Source: the human T2T-CHM13v2.0 reference genome, Homo sapiens
Assembly: GCF_009914755.1 (NCBI RefSeq)
Contig: NC_060938.1
Reading direction: 5' to 3' (one strand)
DNA: 64,000 bases
Shown here piece by piece: positions 1 through 13,336 of this stretch; positions within the stretch are counted from its first letter, which is position 1; the number at the start of each line of letters is the position of its first letter. The notes under the pieces were generated by a model. That model searched no databases, was not told the origin of the DNA, and worked only from the letters and a program-made list of their open reading frames with translations. A program made the translations under genes and the position numbers.

Positions 1-99
1 CTTTTTCTTTCTCCCCTTTCTAGAAAACAGAGCAAATCTAGAACTCTAAGGTATAGTCATTTCCATCTTCATACTTCCACCCACCAGCCCAATACCTTC

Positions 100-740
100 T
101 TCCTGTTTTAGGGGCTGAGTCAAAGAAAATACCTACTGAGGTGTGACTTTGACAGTAGAAATCAAGAAATAAAAGCAGAGTGGATCCTTAATGCTGAAGA
201 AAGGCTGCTAGGAGATAGGAATAGAGGAATGGCCAGATATACCGTGGACAATGGAGGGAGGAAGTAATGAAGTCCAGTGGTTTTTATTCAGAGGTGGAAC
301 CTGCTTTCCACACAATGGAAGATACAGAAGCATGGATGGAAGTGGCATGTGGAACATAAATTCACCAAGCACCCAAATTTTTAGGGTCCTGATGGAGTGT
401 CCTGAACATAGGCTATGAGTGGCTGAATGGCAGGAAGGTATGGCTTAGCTGCCTGGAACATCCATCTTTAGAGGAAGCCTAAGGCTAGTGTACTTAAAAA
501 CACATAGTGCAAGAGGAAAAATGGAGGCCACTAAGATGAAAGGATTGGAGCCATTCCTGATCTCAGAACATGTCATCACTAGGCTTTTTATGTGATACCT
601 TGGGATTCGGGGGGCAGAGGGAGTGGGTGATGATGACTGAGTGGAGTGTGGAGTCAGCTTTAATTTGATTTAGAAAAATAAAGACATGAGATTATTCACG
701 CTCCTGAATATTGCCAGGGCAAATTCACATCTGTTCTATG
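100..740 (+). mobile_element. Possible ancient LTR (LTR78/LTR79-like), highly diverged
   Basis: Purine-rich body ending in TTAATTTGATTTAGAAAAATAAAG...ATTCAC..CCTGA, which resembles the polyA-signal end of these old LTRs; boundaries are uncertain. Confidence 0.3.
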
Positions 741-1034
741 GGCATGTAAACTTCTTAGATTTTCAGTTAACAGGCTTTCGAATTCTACTCTCTTGTCTTT
801 TATATGGAACTTCCGCATCACAACTCACAGGGATGGGACCTATAAATTTGTGTATAAAACCTAGCACATGCCTGTGTGTGTGCTTCATGTCTATGTGTGT
901 ATGTGTCTTTCTGTTATCTTGTCTGAGTTTCTATGAGAATTATGCTAGCTTCATTCAAGTACCTAGGTTATTTATCAAGCCTTTAAAAGATCTGGAAGAA
1001 TGCTTACATTCTATGAACATTATTTATTCTATAG

Positions 1035-1580
1035 TGTATTAGTCAGGGTTGTCTAGAGAGACAGAACTAATAGGGTAGATGTATATATGAAAGGGAGCTT
1101 GTTAGGAGAATTGACTCACAGGATCACAAGGTAAAGTCCGACAATAGGCCGTCGGCAAGCTGAGGAGCCAGGAAGCCAGTCCGAGTCTCAAAACCTCAAA
1201 AATAGGGAAGCTGACAGTGCAGCCTTCAGTCTGTGGCCAACGGCCCTAGAGCCCCTAAATCACTGGTGTAAATCTAAGAGTCCGAAAGCTGAAGAATGTA
1301 GAGTCTGATATTTGAGGACGGGAAGCATCCAGCAAGAGAAAAAGATGGAGGCCAGCAGACTTAGTCAGTCTAGTCTTTCCACATTCTTCTGCCTGCTTTT
1401 ATTCTGACTGCGCTGGCAGTTGATTAGATGATGCTCACTCAGATTGAGGGGGCTTCTGCCTTTCCCAGTCCACTAACTAAAATGTTAATCTCCTTTGGTA
1501 ACACCCTCACAGACACACCCAGGAACAATACTTCCCATCCTTCAATCCAATCAAGTTGACATTCAATATTAGCCATGACA
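1035..1580 (-). mobile_element. Solo ERVL LTR, MLT2A (length fits MLT2A2)
   Basis: TG...CA termini, 546 bp. The reverse complement starts TGTCATGGCTAATATTGAATGTCAACTTGATTGGATTGAAGGATG like the MLT2A consensus. Near-perfect 5-bp TSD TATAG (1030-1034) / TGTAG (1581-1585). Confidence 0.9.
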
Positions 1581-1799
1581 TGTAGGCATTTTCTAGAACC
1601 ATGCTACAAAGCTGTCTGGGCCCTATTTTTTTTTTTTTTTTTTTCCCTACTCAGATTATCTTTCTTTCTCTTCCTCTCTCATCCATGTTACCACGGTATT
1701 GTTCTAAAACGATTTGCTACTTATTTTTCTTTTAATAATTGTTTTTCTAGGAAAGTGTCTATTTTGGTGAAATTGTCAATTTATTTAAATTATAAGACT

Positions 1800-2030
1800 G
1801 CAATAGAGAAGCAGTTTGTCCTAGTGACTCTCTGTGTTTCAAATTTCAGCTCTGCCGTTTACCAGCTATTTGACACAGCAATTTTGCCTCAGTTTTCTAA
1901 TTTATACAAGTCTCTAATAATGGGAATACTCATAACACTTACTGCATGAGGGATTTTTTAGGATTCAATGAGTTAAGACATGGGAAGACTTCAAAACAAA
2001 TGCTAGTCACAGGTCATGGTCACTAAACAT
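1800..2030 (+). mobile_element. MIR SINE fragment
   Basis: TTCAAATTTCAGCTCTGCC...TGCCTCAGTTTTCT...AATGGG...AGGATTCAATGAG core similarity. Confidence 0.65.
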
Positions 2031-2124
2031 TATATGACGACACTGTTACCTTCCATTTCAATACTCACTGCACACTCTGAGAGCTGTGCTCAAAGTGAAG
2101 TTCACTTTTATATTCTCTTCCTGC

Positions 2125-3410
2125 TTATATATATTATATATTATATTATATAATCATATATTATATATTATATTATATAATCATATATTATATATTATAT
2201 ATTATAATATATTATACCAACATATATTATATATTATAATATATTATACCATCATATATAATATATTATACCATCATATATTATATATTATAATATATTA
2301 TACCATCATATATTATATATTATAATATATTATACCATCATATATATTATATATTATATTATATTATATAATCATATATTATATATTATATTATATTATA
2401 TAATCATATATTATATATTATATTATATAATATATATTACGTATTATATTATATAATATGTATTACGTATTATATTATATAATATGTATTACGTATTATA
2501 TTATATAATCGTATATTACGTATTATATTATATAATCGTATATTACGTATTATATTATATAATCGTATATTACGTATTTATATTATATAATCGTATATTA
2601 CGTATTATATTATATAATCCTATATTACGTATTATATTATATAATCGTATATTACGTATTATATTATATAATCGTATATTATATATTATATATTATAATA
2701 TATTATATAATCGTATATATATTATAATATATTATATAATCATATATTATATATCATATATTATATTATATAATCGTATACTATATATCATATATTATAA
2801 TATATTATATAATCGTATATTATATATCATATATTATATTATATAATCGTATATTATATATTATATATTATAATATATTATATAATTGTATATTATATAT
2901 TATATATTATATATTATAATATATATTATATATTATATTATATATATTTACCATATATTATATATAATATATGATATATTTATCATATATTATATATAAT
3001 ATATGATTATATTTTATTATATATAATATATGATTATATTTAATTATATATATAAAATATATATAAAAATATATATAATTAAATATAATTATATATTATA
3101 TATTATATAATATATATATTTAAATATAATTATATATTATATATTATATAATATATATATTTAAATATAATTATATATATATTTTTATATATATATAAAT
3201 ATTATATATTTATATATAATACATAAATATATATAAATAATATATATAATAAATGTATATAATAATTATATATTTAAATTATATACAATTAAATGTATAT
3301 CACAAATAATTATATATTAAATTATATATAGTTATATATATAATTATATATGTAATTATATATACAATTAATTATATATTAATATGTAATTGATTACATA
3401 TTAATTAATT
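2125..3410. repeat. ~1.3-kb AT-rich low-complexity/minisatellite tract
   Basis: Almost pure A/T; includes a 27-bp unit TATTACGTATTATATTATATAATCGTA repeated at ~2435-2680 and several palindromes. Confidence 0.95.
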
Positions 3411-6400
3411 CAGGATTGTACTTAATTGAGGATGATACATATATGCATATATTACATATGTACATATTAATTCTCAATTAATTAATGATACAAAGCCTCA
3501 ATTATGGTGAATATGTCCGATACCTTACAAAATGCCTTGCACACATAGAAGGCAATTAATTAATGTTTATTACGTGAACAACTATGCAAAAAAAATAGTA
3601 AAAATTCTGATTTGAATATAATTGAACATATATCCTAGTGGTATTACAAATAATTGGGGATCCATATATGTAAATTATATAAATATATACACACATATAT
3701 AGTATGTATACATATCTTTCAGCAATTAATTATCCCTAAATTCTCCAAAAAAATAAATATTATATCCTCACTTTAAATAAAAGGGCACATAACTTTAAGT
3801 GATAGAGCTGGGATATATATTAGGATATAACTAAATCTAAACCCTATTTCCTTTGCATAGTCTTCCATTAAATAACTATTGAATACATGCTTCATATGTG
3901 CCAGACATTTTGTTAGATATTGACTATGGCTCTCACCCCCTCATGCCTACACAGATAAATAAAATGTAGTACCAGTTAATTGAAGACAGTGTTTAAAAGG
4001 GGCTTCGGGGGTAATGAAGTTCATTGTTTTTAGCATACGTGTATACACAAATATTTATTGTCCATAAAGATACCAGGATAGGCTTTGCAATGGAGCACAT
4101 ACTGAAGCCAAAGATGGAAAGAAGACTAGGCTGCCAACAGCTAGGAAAGAAGTGTGAAGAAAATGAGATTATAGGTAAAAGGAATAGTGATAGTTGAGGC
4201 ATTGAAGTGTAGAGACCATATGGTTTCCCAAGTTTAATTTTACTAGAACCAGCCAATTCCCTAAGAATCTTTTTGAAGACTAGCTTGGCAGACAGCATGA
4301 TATTGCTTCAATTTTACAACATACCTAACTCTTCAAGTTGTATTAAATAAAGAAATATAGATAATGCAATGCTCTTATTTTTCTGCTGTCTCTCATATCA
4401 CTTTCCCTATCTTCACTCTGGGAAAGGATTCATACAAAGTGTTGCCTTCTTTCAATGATATAAATAAGCAATTCTCACTTATAAATGAGTCATGACATTA
4501 ACTAGCAGTCAGAGTCAACAGACTTTCCTAGCAAATGAGCCTTAAATTATTTTACATGTCTGATGTTCTACACGTTATAGGCAGAATGTTCATAATGATG
4601 ACAATAGAAGCCACATGCATGTACCTAGACTTTTATAAACCAGTAAGGTTTTTTGTGTTTGCTTGTTTGCATTTTAGTATTATTCTATTTAGGTTAAAGT
4701 ATATGGATGAAACCAGAAGATGAAGTTGGAAACAAGATGTTTGCTCTCAGGTCCCCTTATTGTGTATACTAAGAATTTTTTTTTTTTTCTGAACATACTA
4801 AGTGTTTAGAATCAGAGATCACTTGGATGGATTTTGTGTGCATTACTATAGAACAATATAAACAAATTCAGGAAAACAACAGTTTGATGACCATCCAAAC
4901 TGTGGAGACATCTTCCAACATCTTTTATTCCCCTTAGTATCACAATTTTGATCATGTGAAAGCTAAACTTTGTACTTTTACCTGTCAATGTGCAAGGTTT
5001 TCTGAGTGCCTCATATTGTTTTAATTCTCAATTTTATGAATGCTTGCCATCTTAACAGAACTGTTGTATCAGCTTTTCCCTTCTTTTCTATTTGCTTCTG
5101 CAGATGTCTCAAGCAGGCCTATGTCACTCTTTCAGTGTGTTAACGTACTCTTCTCTCCCTCAGCAGATGATGGGCCACAAAAGAGTATGAGTAAATGGAC
5201 CTTGACTCTGAGACACTCAACCCAGCAAGAGAAAAGTCATGCAGTTATTCAGTCAACAACTTCTTATTGATATTCTTCCTTGCGTGATGAACTGCATACC
5301 AGAGATACTGGGAAATATTTACCATTGTCTGATATATTGAAATTATCCTTTTTTTTGTCATTCCTGTCTCATTAAATATAATTTTAATGATTGCTTGCAA
5401 TTGTCCACCTTTCTCAGAAACTGTCTAGTCAGTAATGTTTTTAAAATATTTGTCTTTTATATTAGACTTCAAAAACACTCATCTTTGTTCCCCTGGGAAG
5501 TGTTAGGTAAAGCTGCTATTTTTCTGTCTGAATGTATTTGCCTGAAGTCCTGTGAGACAACATTAACTTTGTAATTTTTAGTATCCTTATTTTGAAACTT
5601 TGTTTACATTGCACTTGATGGTCTACTTACTGGAGTCAGGATTTGTGATTGGTATAGATCTATATTTTTAATCTACATAATTAAGAAACTGATTATGACA
5701 TTTAAAATAAGTATTTGGAAGGTAAAGGTCACCATATTTTGTGAGTTTGAACTTCGGAAAATTTCACTACCTAAATGTACGTACTACCCATTGCTTTCAG
5801 AAGGCTGCTAAGAATAACATTGCTTTTCTGAATCGTGCCAGTCAGCCACAATACATCATAATGGAAAAAAAGAATACAATTTTTCTACTGCCTACACAAC
5901 TGTGCATCTCAGTCAGTCCATGTGAACAGAAAGATCTAAAGAATATTACATTAAAAGGAATATGAAATTTTCCAGGCAACTTTAAAATATAGACTTTTGA
6001 ACCTGTTGCTTATCTATTGCGCTGCAAATCCCCAGTATTTCGCCTAATGGCCTCTGGAAATGTTTTATAATGAGAAGCAGATTCTGGAAATCCACATTGT
6101 GATCAAACTACTTTTGTCAGTGTCTTTCATGTAGCAATTATTAAATAAACAAAGCCTAATTCTATAGGTAAAAAATATTCATTTCTAAGCCACACTGATT
6201 GTCAACTGTCAGCGACTGATATAGAATAACTCATTGTGGGAACACAATTAGAATCTTAAAATACTAATGGAAGAGTGCATAAATGGAATTCAAGGGGTTT
6301 TCAGATCCATTAAATACACTAAAACTTACTTACAATGTGCCTACATTCAATGCTTTTCTATACAATAACTGAAATAACTGAAAATTGGAAAATCCTGACC

Positions 6401-8539
6401 AATGGCCCAGAAAGTATTATTTCCTACTTTTAGAAATTTTCTCTCTTCTTCATTCATTGCCTTTCAAAGAGGTGATATAAATTAATCTTTTGCCAACTAT
6501 TTCATGGCTTTCTGTACAGGGAATAAAAAATATGTTAACAGAACTTAGCTGGCAATAAAATTTAGTCTGCTAGAAATGGGAAACAAGACAAAACCCACAA
6601 TATATGGACTCTTTTACCTTCCATCAACCTTTGGGCTAAGAGTCTTGTGTCTCAGATTTCTGCAGATACCGCAAAGATGGAAAAATAATAGAGTTCACTA
6701 TCCCTCACATTCTGAAGAGAAGTGACAGATTCCTTACGGCTGACTTAGTAAAAGATAGCAGAGCCAGTCAAGTGACTCAATCTTCATCAACCAGCTTTAC
6801 CCCCTAAAAGAGAAAAGTAGAAATTTAAATGTGATCCAGTAAGCAGAGTTAACAAGGTAATGCATGACTTATCGACCTAAAGATTGGCCTTCCCGCTCTC
6901 CTGTCTTTGGGAAAAGAGAGAATGGAGTGTCCTAAATTCCTTAGGCATCTCTTCAGATGTGTTTCTGTTACAGGTATTTCAGAAGAGGACACAACAGAAT
7001 ATCCAGGCATCTGGACCTCTTCCACCACCTCACCCTGACCCAATAACACATACAAAAACTAAGTCCACAGATTGAGATATAACCTCTTCATCAATAGATC
7101 TACTTTAACGTTTTTATAAACAGTAAGGTGTGCCTAATGACTGCATCCTTACAGAAACTCAACAAAACAAGGACATCCTTTTCAGTTTTTAAATAAATTA
7201 GAATATAAATTTAGATGAGGGCATGCCATTTTTTATTTTTCTATTCTACCCTTCCACGTTACCATGTTTATTACAATAGAAATTTTTTTGGAAAATCAAG
7301 GAAATGAGATTTCAAATTCAAGGGGAGAGTCTCTATCATATTTATTTCTGATGAAGTGTGTGTGTGTGTGTTTGTGTGTAATGAAGCCTAAGGATCTAGA
7401 TAGATTCATTAACTTTAATAATTTCTTATCATAGAAACAGAATATGCAATATTAAATACTGCCTACTGGCAATAGGATAAGGTTTTTCAAATAAAAGAAA
7501 ACATCTAAAATTCTTAAAATTCTCGCCATATAAAAACCTATTTACACAAGGACAATACTTCAAAAGAGAAGCATTGCTGCTATGACTGTAATTTCTCTTA
7601 TCAACTCATCTAAGAAAGAAATGTGTCAAGATTCAAACTTAAAATTTCTAAGCAAATGAGCGCATAATAACTGGCTAGACATCCCTCGGTCATTTTGTTA
7701 GTGACCACATTTCAGTCTATACACAAAAATGTGGGGGACCTCTTGCTGGCTGCTGAGTTTCCTGCTGGATATCTTAGATAACAGTACCTATGGTGCCATA
7801 AAACTATTTCCCAAAATATTATGCCACCTACATTTACTTGTTTGCTATTGTTACAAAATGTTCTACTCTGGAAGAGTTTTTTGCTAGTAAAATGCTTAAA
7901 CTTTTTTTCTCCCAACTACTCGGTAATTAATAAAAGCATGGATAGTACACCTTGGAATTGTCCCATCATCAAGGAACTTCAAGGCAATTACTTTAATTTA
8001 TTTCTGTTACATTTTACCTCATCAGTATCTCTATCCTCATTCAAAATTAATTCATCACAAATGTGTCACTTTTGATTTTTTTTGCCGTCCTCAAAGTTTT
8101 CTCTCTAATGATTCTCTTTGAACTTGACTGTGTGATACTTGGTTAGGTTTACAGGGCTTGAGTGGGTCAGTGCTGACAAACGCAGCTTGAATTCCTTCTT
8201 GCATATGCAAATAGGAGAATCTGAGATCCTGACCATCTTCTGCTCATAAAGAAGGTGAAAATAACCTCTTTATTCCCTTTAGTTGATGCACAGAAAATGC
8301 AATTGTCTTTTTTTGTGTTTTTTTTCCTCTAAATAACAGAGGTATATAATCCCTGTGTTATAAAAGAAAACTGCAAACGGTGATAAATACAGGAAAACTA
8401 AAGATCTTGGAATTATTTCCTGGAAATGTGATATCAATATGTCCATTTTAGAATATTACTTTTTTATTAACTAGACAAGATTGGAAAGTTGGAAGGCACA
8501 GCAGAGCATTATCTGTAGGGCCTTGTGTACAAATGGAAT

Positions 8540-8755
8540 ACATCTGTGGGAGAACACCAGTCTTTGGGTGCTAGTTTACTGGACTGAGGTCCTAGCTCTA
8601 TGTCTACACTTCATTGGCTGTATATGAAACTCTCGGTTTCCTCATCCATCAATTGTGCAAAATATCTACCTTGTTTGTTTTAGGGGGAATTAAAGTGCAA
8701 ATGAATGCATATAAATGTCCTGGAATAATATCTTGCACAAAGTGGACACATGTAA
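8540..8755 (+). mobile_element. MIR SINE fragment
   Basis: TCCTAGCTCT...CTCTCGGTTTCCTCATCCATCAA...GAATTAAA...AATGCATATAAA core similarity. Confidence 0.55.
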
Positions 8756-9495
8756 TTGTGGTGATGGCATTAGTGTTAATAGCAGTAATAGTAGTAGTAG
8801 AAAAAATAGTGAAAATGGGATAAAATATATGAAGCATCTGGGACCTCCTTGCAATAAAAGCCAACATCTCTCATGAGGCTTGACAGAACTTCTTTTTCCT
8901 TAGTCCTAACACTTAGGTAGCAACCTGTGACTTTCTGCATCCACTACCTCACCTGACATTGGACCTGCAGGACTGCGCAATTCATAATCAGAGGCCCCTC
9001 CACGTGGAGATGCAGGCTGCAGTCTGTGACTAAAGCAACTTTCTACAATCTACTATGGGACAAATAAAGTTAAACTTGGTATTTTCATTCCTTGGTAATG
9101 AACGTGGCTGCTTAGCTCTCTAAGAACAGCCCTGGAATATCTCCATCCACATGGTAACTGCTGTCTTTTAAAAACAGTCGGAGTTAATAGCAACCATCTG
9201 GCTAGGGCTCTGATCCAGCAAAAGGGCTAGTACTGAGGTTCTAAGAAGACAAGTCCAGCTATACCAAAGGATGAAGAAGAGAGCTCAACTAAGAGTTATA
9301 TGGCTTTCCCTTTTCTTCATTGAAGGAAACAGGGGTAGGCTCAAATTATATATACATGAAAATACAAAACTTACTATTTGAAGAGACTGAAGATTGGTTA
9401 GAAAACTCCATATTTTAAAAATATTCAAGTAGGAGTCATACTATGTATTACTTTCATTTTATTTCTGATTAATTTTGAATACATGCTGTCATTGG

Positions 9496-9498
<3 letters not shown>

Positions 9499-9534
<36 letters not shown>
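9499..9534. repeat. (TG)~18 microsatellite
   Basis: Uninterrupted TG run read directly. Confidence 0.95.
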
Positions 9535-9535
<1 letters not shown>

Positions 9536-10084
9536 ACATGTGTAAGAATAACCCATAATGCATTTCCTACAGTTTATCTGAATGATCTTCTGGGTTCACC
9601 TTCAAATGAATGTCATTCTGGCAATAACATCACTGACAATTAGATCAGGAAACCTAAAATTATAACTCAAACAATGCCACATTTCTATGCTTTTCTGGAT
9701 TCCTTCCAGAATGCTTTTAGGGAAAAAAAATATATCAAACTATTTATACCAGTGTCTCTGTTTGCATAAATGTACATTTCTAAGGAGAAATAAAGTTTGA
9801 AAATACAATTTCAAAATTGTGCAAATAAGCCTTTTTTTAAAAGACACTGGTCAGGTGGATCTGCCTAAGGACATTTGTCGATGATGTTAAAGTTTTTCAC
9901 AGAGGAGGACTCGCAAGATGAAGAGTAACATGCTGCTTTGCACAAACCTCATTACCAAGAGAAGAAACAGCTTGACTTTGATATTTACCCAGCTATGAAT
10001 GAGTTTTCAATGAAGGTTGCAGAAACAATTCTTTTTGCCTCTATTTTTTATTCAGTGAAACTCTTCCATTCACTTATTCATTCA

Positions 10085-10087
<3 letters not shown>

Positions 10088-10127
<40 letters not shown>

Positions 10128-10412
10128 AGACAGAGTCTTGCTCTGTCACCCAGGCTGGAGTGCAGTGGTGCGATCTCAGCTCATTACAACCTCTGCCTCC
10201 CTGGCGGGTTCAAGCAATTCTCTTGCCTCAGCCTCCCGAGTAGCTGGGACTAGAGGCGCACACTGCCTCGCCTGGCTAATATTTTGTATTTTAGTAGAGA
10301 CGGGGTTTTACTGTGTTGCCCAGTCTGGTCTCAAACTCCTGAGCTCAGGCAATCTGCCCACCTCGGCCTCCCAAAATGCTAGGATTACAGGCATGAGCCA
10401 CTGCACCTGACC
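10088..10412 (-). mobile_element. Full-length Alu (older S/J type)
   Basis: T39 followed by GAGACAGAGTCTTGCTCTGTCACCCAGGCTGGAGTGCAGTGG...GGATTACAGGCATGAGCCACTGCACCTGACC. Confidence 0.95.
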
Positions 10413-10532
10413 CACTTCTTTTTCAACAACTACTTTTTGGTATCTACATATGCCAGACACTCTTCATGCTATTTTTAATTCAGAAATGAATGAAAGGCAG
10501 TGCTGATGTCCACATAGTTCTTATATTATTGT

Positions 10533-10801
10533 GAGAAGAAAGAAAAAGAAAGGATGAAAGGAAGAAAAGAAAGAAAGAGAGAGAAAGAAAAAGAAAGAAA
10601 GAAGACAGAAAGAAAGAGAGAGAAAGAAAAAGAAAGAAAGAAGGCAGAAAGAAAGAGAGAAAGAAAAAGAAAGAAAGAAGACAGACAGAAAGAAAGAAAG
10701 AAAAGAAAGAAAGGAAAGAAAGAAATTAAGAAAGAAAGAAAGAGAGGAAGGAAGGAAGGAAGAGAGAGAAAGAAGGAAAGAAAGAAAGAAAAAGAAAGAA
10801 A

Positions 10802-10857
<56 letters not shown>

Positions 10858-10916
10858 AAAGAAAAGGAAAGGAAAGGAAAGGAAAGGAAAGAAAAGATAA
10901 AAAGAAAAGAAAAGAG
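10533..10916. repeat. Compound polypurine (GAAA)n/(GA)n/(AAAGG)n tract
   Basis: ~385 bp of nearly all purines on the + strand; flanks resemble an L2 fragment. Confidence 0.95.
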
Positions 10917-12149
10917 ATTCCAAGGAGTGACAGAGAGTGAGCAAGTGAATCCTAACAATGAGGGGAGATGTATACTGGGTAGGGTAATCAGGAAAGATTT
11001 CAGAAAAGATATCTCATGGGAAACTTGAATGATTGGAAAGAGCAGCCTCAGTGAGGAAAGGTTCTGCTTTCAAAGTCGTGGGAATAGTCTACATACTTCC
11101 TGAGGTAGAACTGTCCACAGAGAGTATTTAACAGTTTGGGGCAAGTGCTAACGATTGGTTTGGATAAGGAAGAAAACATATTGCATTGTTCAGTTTCCTT
11201 TTGGTCTTTAGACACTCTATCTGGTTCATGAACCCACCTGTACCCTTATCTTCCACAGGGGGAAAAATGTTCTCTTGTGTTTTTAGTCTCAGACAGTTGC
11301 ACAAATTGATGTACATTAAAAAAAAATGTTTGGAGTTACCTTCTAAAATTAATCAAGCACTTGAAAAATGAAAATGCCATAGGACTTCAAAAAATATACT
11401 TTTAGTTCTTCTTAATTTATTTATTTACATGAGAAAATGGTCTTGCATAAATCAATGAATATCTTACTAATGACAGAATTTCTCCAAAAGCAAAAATGTG
11501 TTTGGAATAACTGAAGGTTGACGTTATGGAATGGATGACCACTACAAGATATATGAGCCAAAGTTTAGCCCTGTACCTAACGTACTAAATCATATAAGAC
11601 AGAACAGTGCAAGTGCATGTTGTGACAATGAATAGCATGCTACTTTTGAAATATTCTGTATTGAATGCCCAATTAGATGTTATTATAACTGAATATTTGG
11701 AATTATTTTATTAATCATAATCATGTCTCATTTGACTCTCACTGAAATCCTGTAAAGTTAAAAGGCCAGATCCATGATGTAATTTTAATCATAAGAAAAC
11801 CAAGACTAAAAAAGGTAAATGACCTCATTTTCATTTAGCAAACACTTATGTTTTGGCTGCTATGTCCCATGAACTGTTGTAAATGATCGAGATACAACTA
11901 ACAAAGAGCTAAGCTTTCTTTTCATGAAGCTCATAGACTAGTGGACAAAAGAGACACATAACCAATAACTCTAAGACAATATAATGCCATTATAGAGTTA
12001 TGTACACAGTGCTAGGAGGACATAATTAGAGAGAATGAATCATATTCCTTCAGGGTCTGGGAAGGACATGTGTCTGCATATGGCGCTGATACAAATAGCA
12101 TACCAAACGGGATATAAATGAAGTGGAAGGAGGGGAGAAGATAACATAG

Positions 12150-12365
12150 CATGAATTGAGTTCTTACCATATTGCCAGAACTGTGCTCATTTGCTCTTCA
12201 AAACAACCTTGTAGGTAGGAGTGAACATTTCAATTTTATAAATCAGGATATGGAGCCTGAGAAAAGTTAATAAGCTTATTCAAAATCACACAGTTAATAA
12301 GAGGTAGATTTGTATTTTCTTTCCAATCCTTCTGGCTTCCTGGGCTTGTTGTGCTATTCTGCCAT
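12150..12365 (-). mobile_element. MIR SINE fragment
   Basis: TCTTCAAAACAACCTTGTAGGTAGG...CAATTTTATAAATCAGG...CAAAATCACACAGTTAATAAG. Confidence 0.65.
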
Positions 12366-12884
12366 ATCTCACTGGGCTGGAACCCAGAGAAAGAATGACA
12401 GCAAATGAAGGCGGTGGATGGGAACACAATCGGACTAGGTCAGCACCTAAGGATGCTGCAGGATCTGAGAGTCAGTGGCTTTGATTGACTGATGGTCTGT
12501 CTCTAGTTCTCAAGGGAACAACCATTTTTCCCAAGATATAAAAAAGAAGGCACAAACCATGAAGATATAAGAATAATAATTTCTGTTAAATTTTTCTAAT
12601 TGTTATGGAATTACACATTTTATAGAAAAATATTGCAGGTATGTTTCAGTCTCTTAAGCTTCCCCTCACCCTCCTAATATTGGAAAAATAAACAAGTTAT
12701 GTTATTAAAATGATGATTTTACATGAAAGTAGAATATAAGTCTTGGCTACAAATTACAAATAAATAGACTCTGTGGTTTCTACATTGAAAAATGCAGGTG
12801 TGATAACCCAAAAGTGCAATTGTAGGCATCACATACAGCTTCCACATGTATTATTTTATATCAGCAAACATAATTTTCCTGGAG

Positions 12885-13235
12885 CAAGGTATTATGGTGG
12901 TGAAAAGCATTGGCTTTGGAGTCCAAATATCTGTATTCAAATTGTTGTTTCATTGTTCATAATCTGCATGATCTTGCAAAAGACAAATTCTTCAGGCCTC
13001 AAAGTATAGCAGTTAAGAAAACAAACTTCAAAGTTACATAGAAATGAGGTATTATTTCAGCTTTGCTACTTGATAGCTATGTATAATTTGGACAAGTTAT
13101 CTCTTTTATGCCTCAATTTCCTTATCTGTAAAGCAAAGATCATTATAGTGCTTATTGCACACTTTGCTGAATGAATGTCGAGTACTAAAGAAAGTTTGAG
13201 GCACATAAAAATCATTCAATAAATGTCTACTGAAA
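12885..13235 (+). mobile_element. MIR SINE fragments (two adjacent)
   Basis: GGCTTTGGAGTC...; GGACAAGTTAT...TGCCTCAATTTCCTTATCTGTAAA...CAATAAATGT. Confidence 0.65.
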
Positions 13236-13336
13236 CAGTATATTAACTTCTTATCCCTTTTATAAGAGAGCAACAAAAGTTTCCGAGCCAATGCAAAGGA
13301 GTAATAATCTGGAAAAATAAATTGAAACCCTATTCT

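Noticed and set aside
2435-2680. CRISPR-like periodicity (also 34781-34868)
   Set aside because: Head-to-tail repeats with no unique spacers, no cas genes, eukaryotic context.
2086-2846. Tyr/Ile-rich ORFs (79 and 120 aa)
   Set aside because: Translations of the AT-rich minisatellite.
5070-5200. Strong polypyrimidine acceptors at 5103 and 5163/5166
   Set aside because: No convincing donor or coding signal downstream; isolated acceptors are common.
9938-10410. Alu-derived ORFs (also 13322-13564, 19265-19495, 34900-35164)
   Set aside because: Standard antisense Alu translations, not genes.
10521-10958. Lys/Arg/Glu-rich and Phe/Ser/Leu-rich ORFs
   Set aside because: The polypurine tract lacks stop codons by composition.
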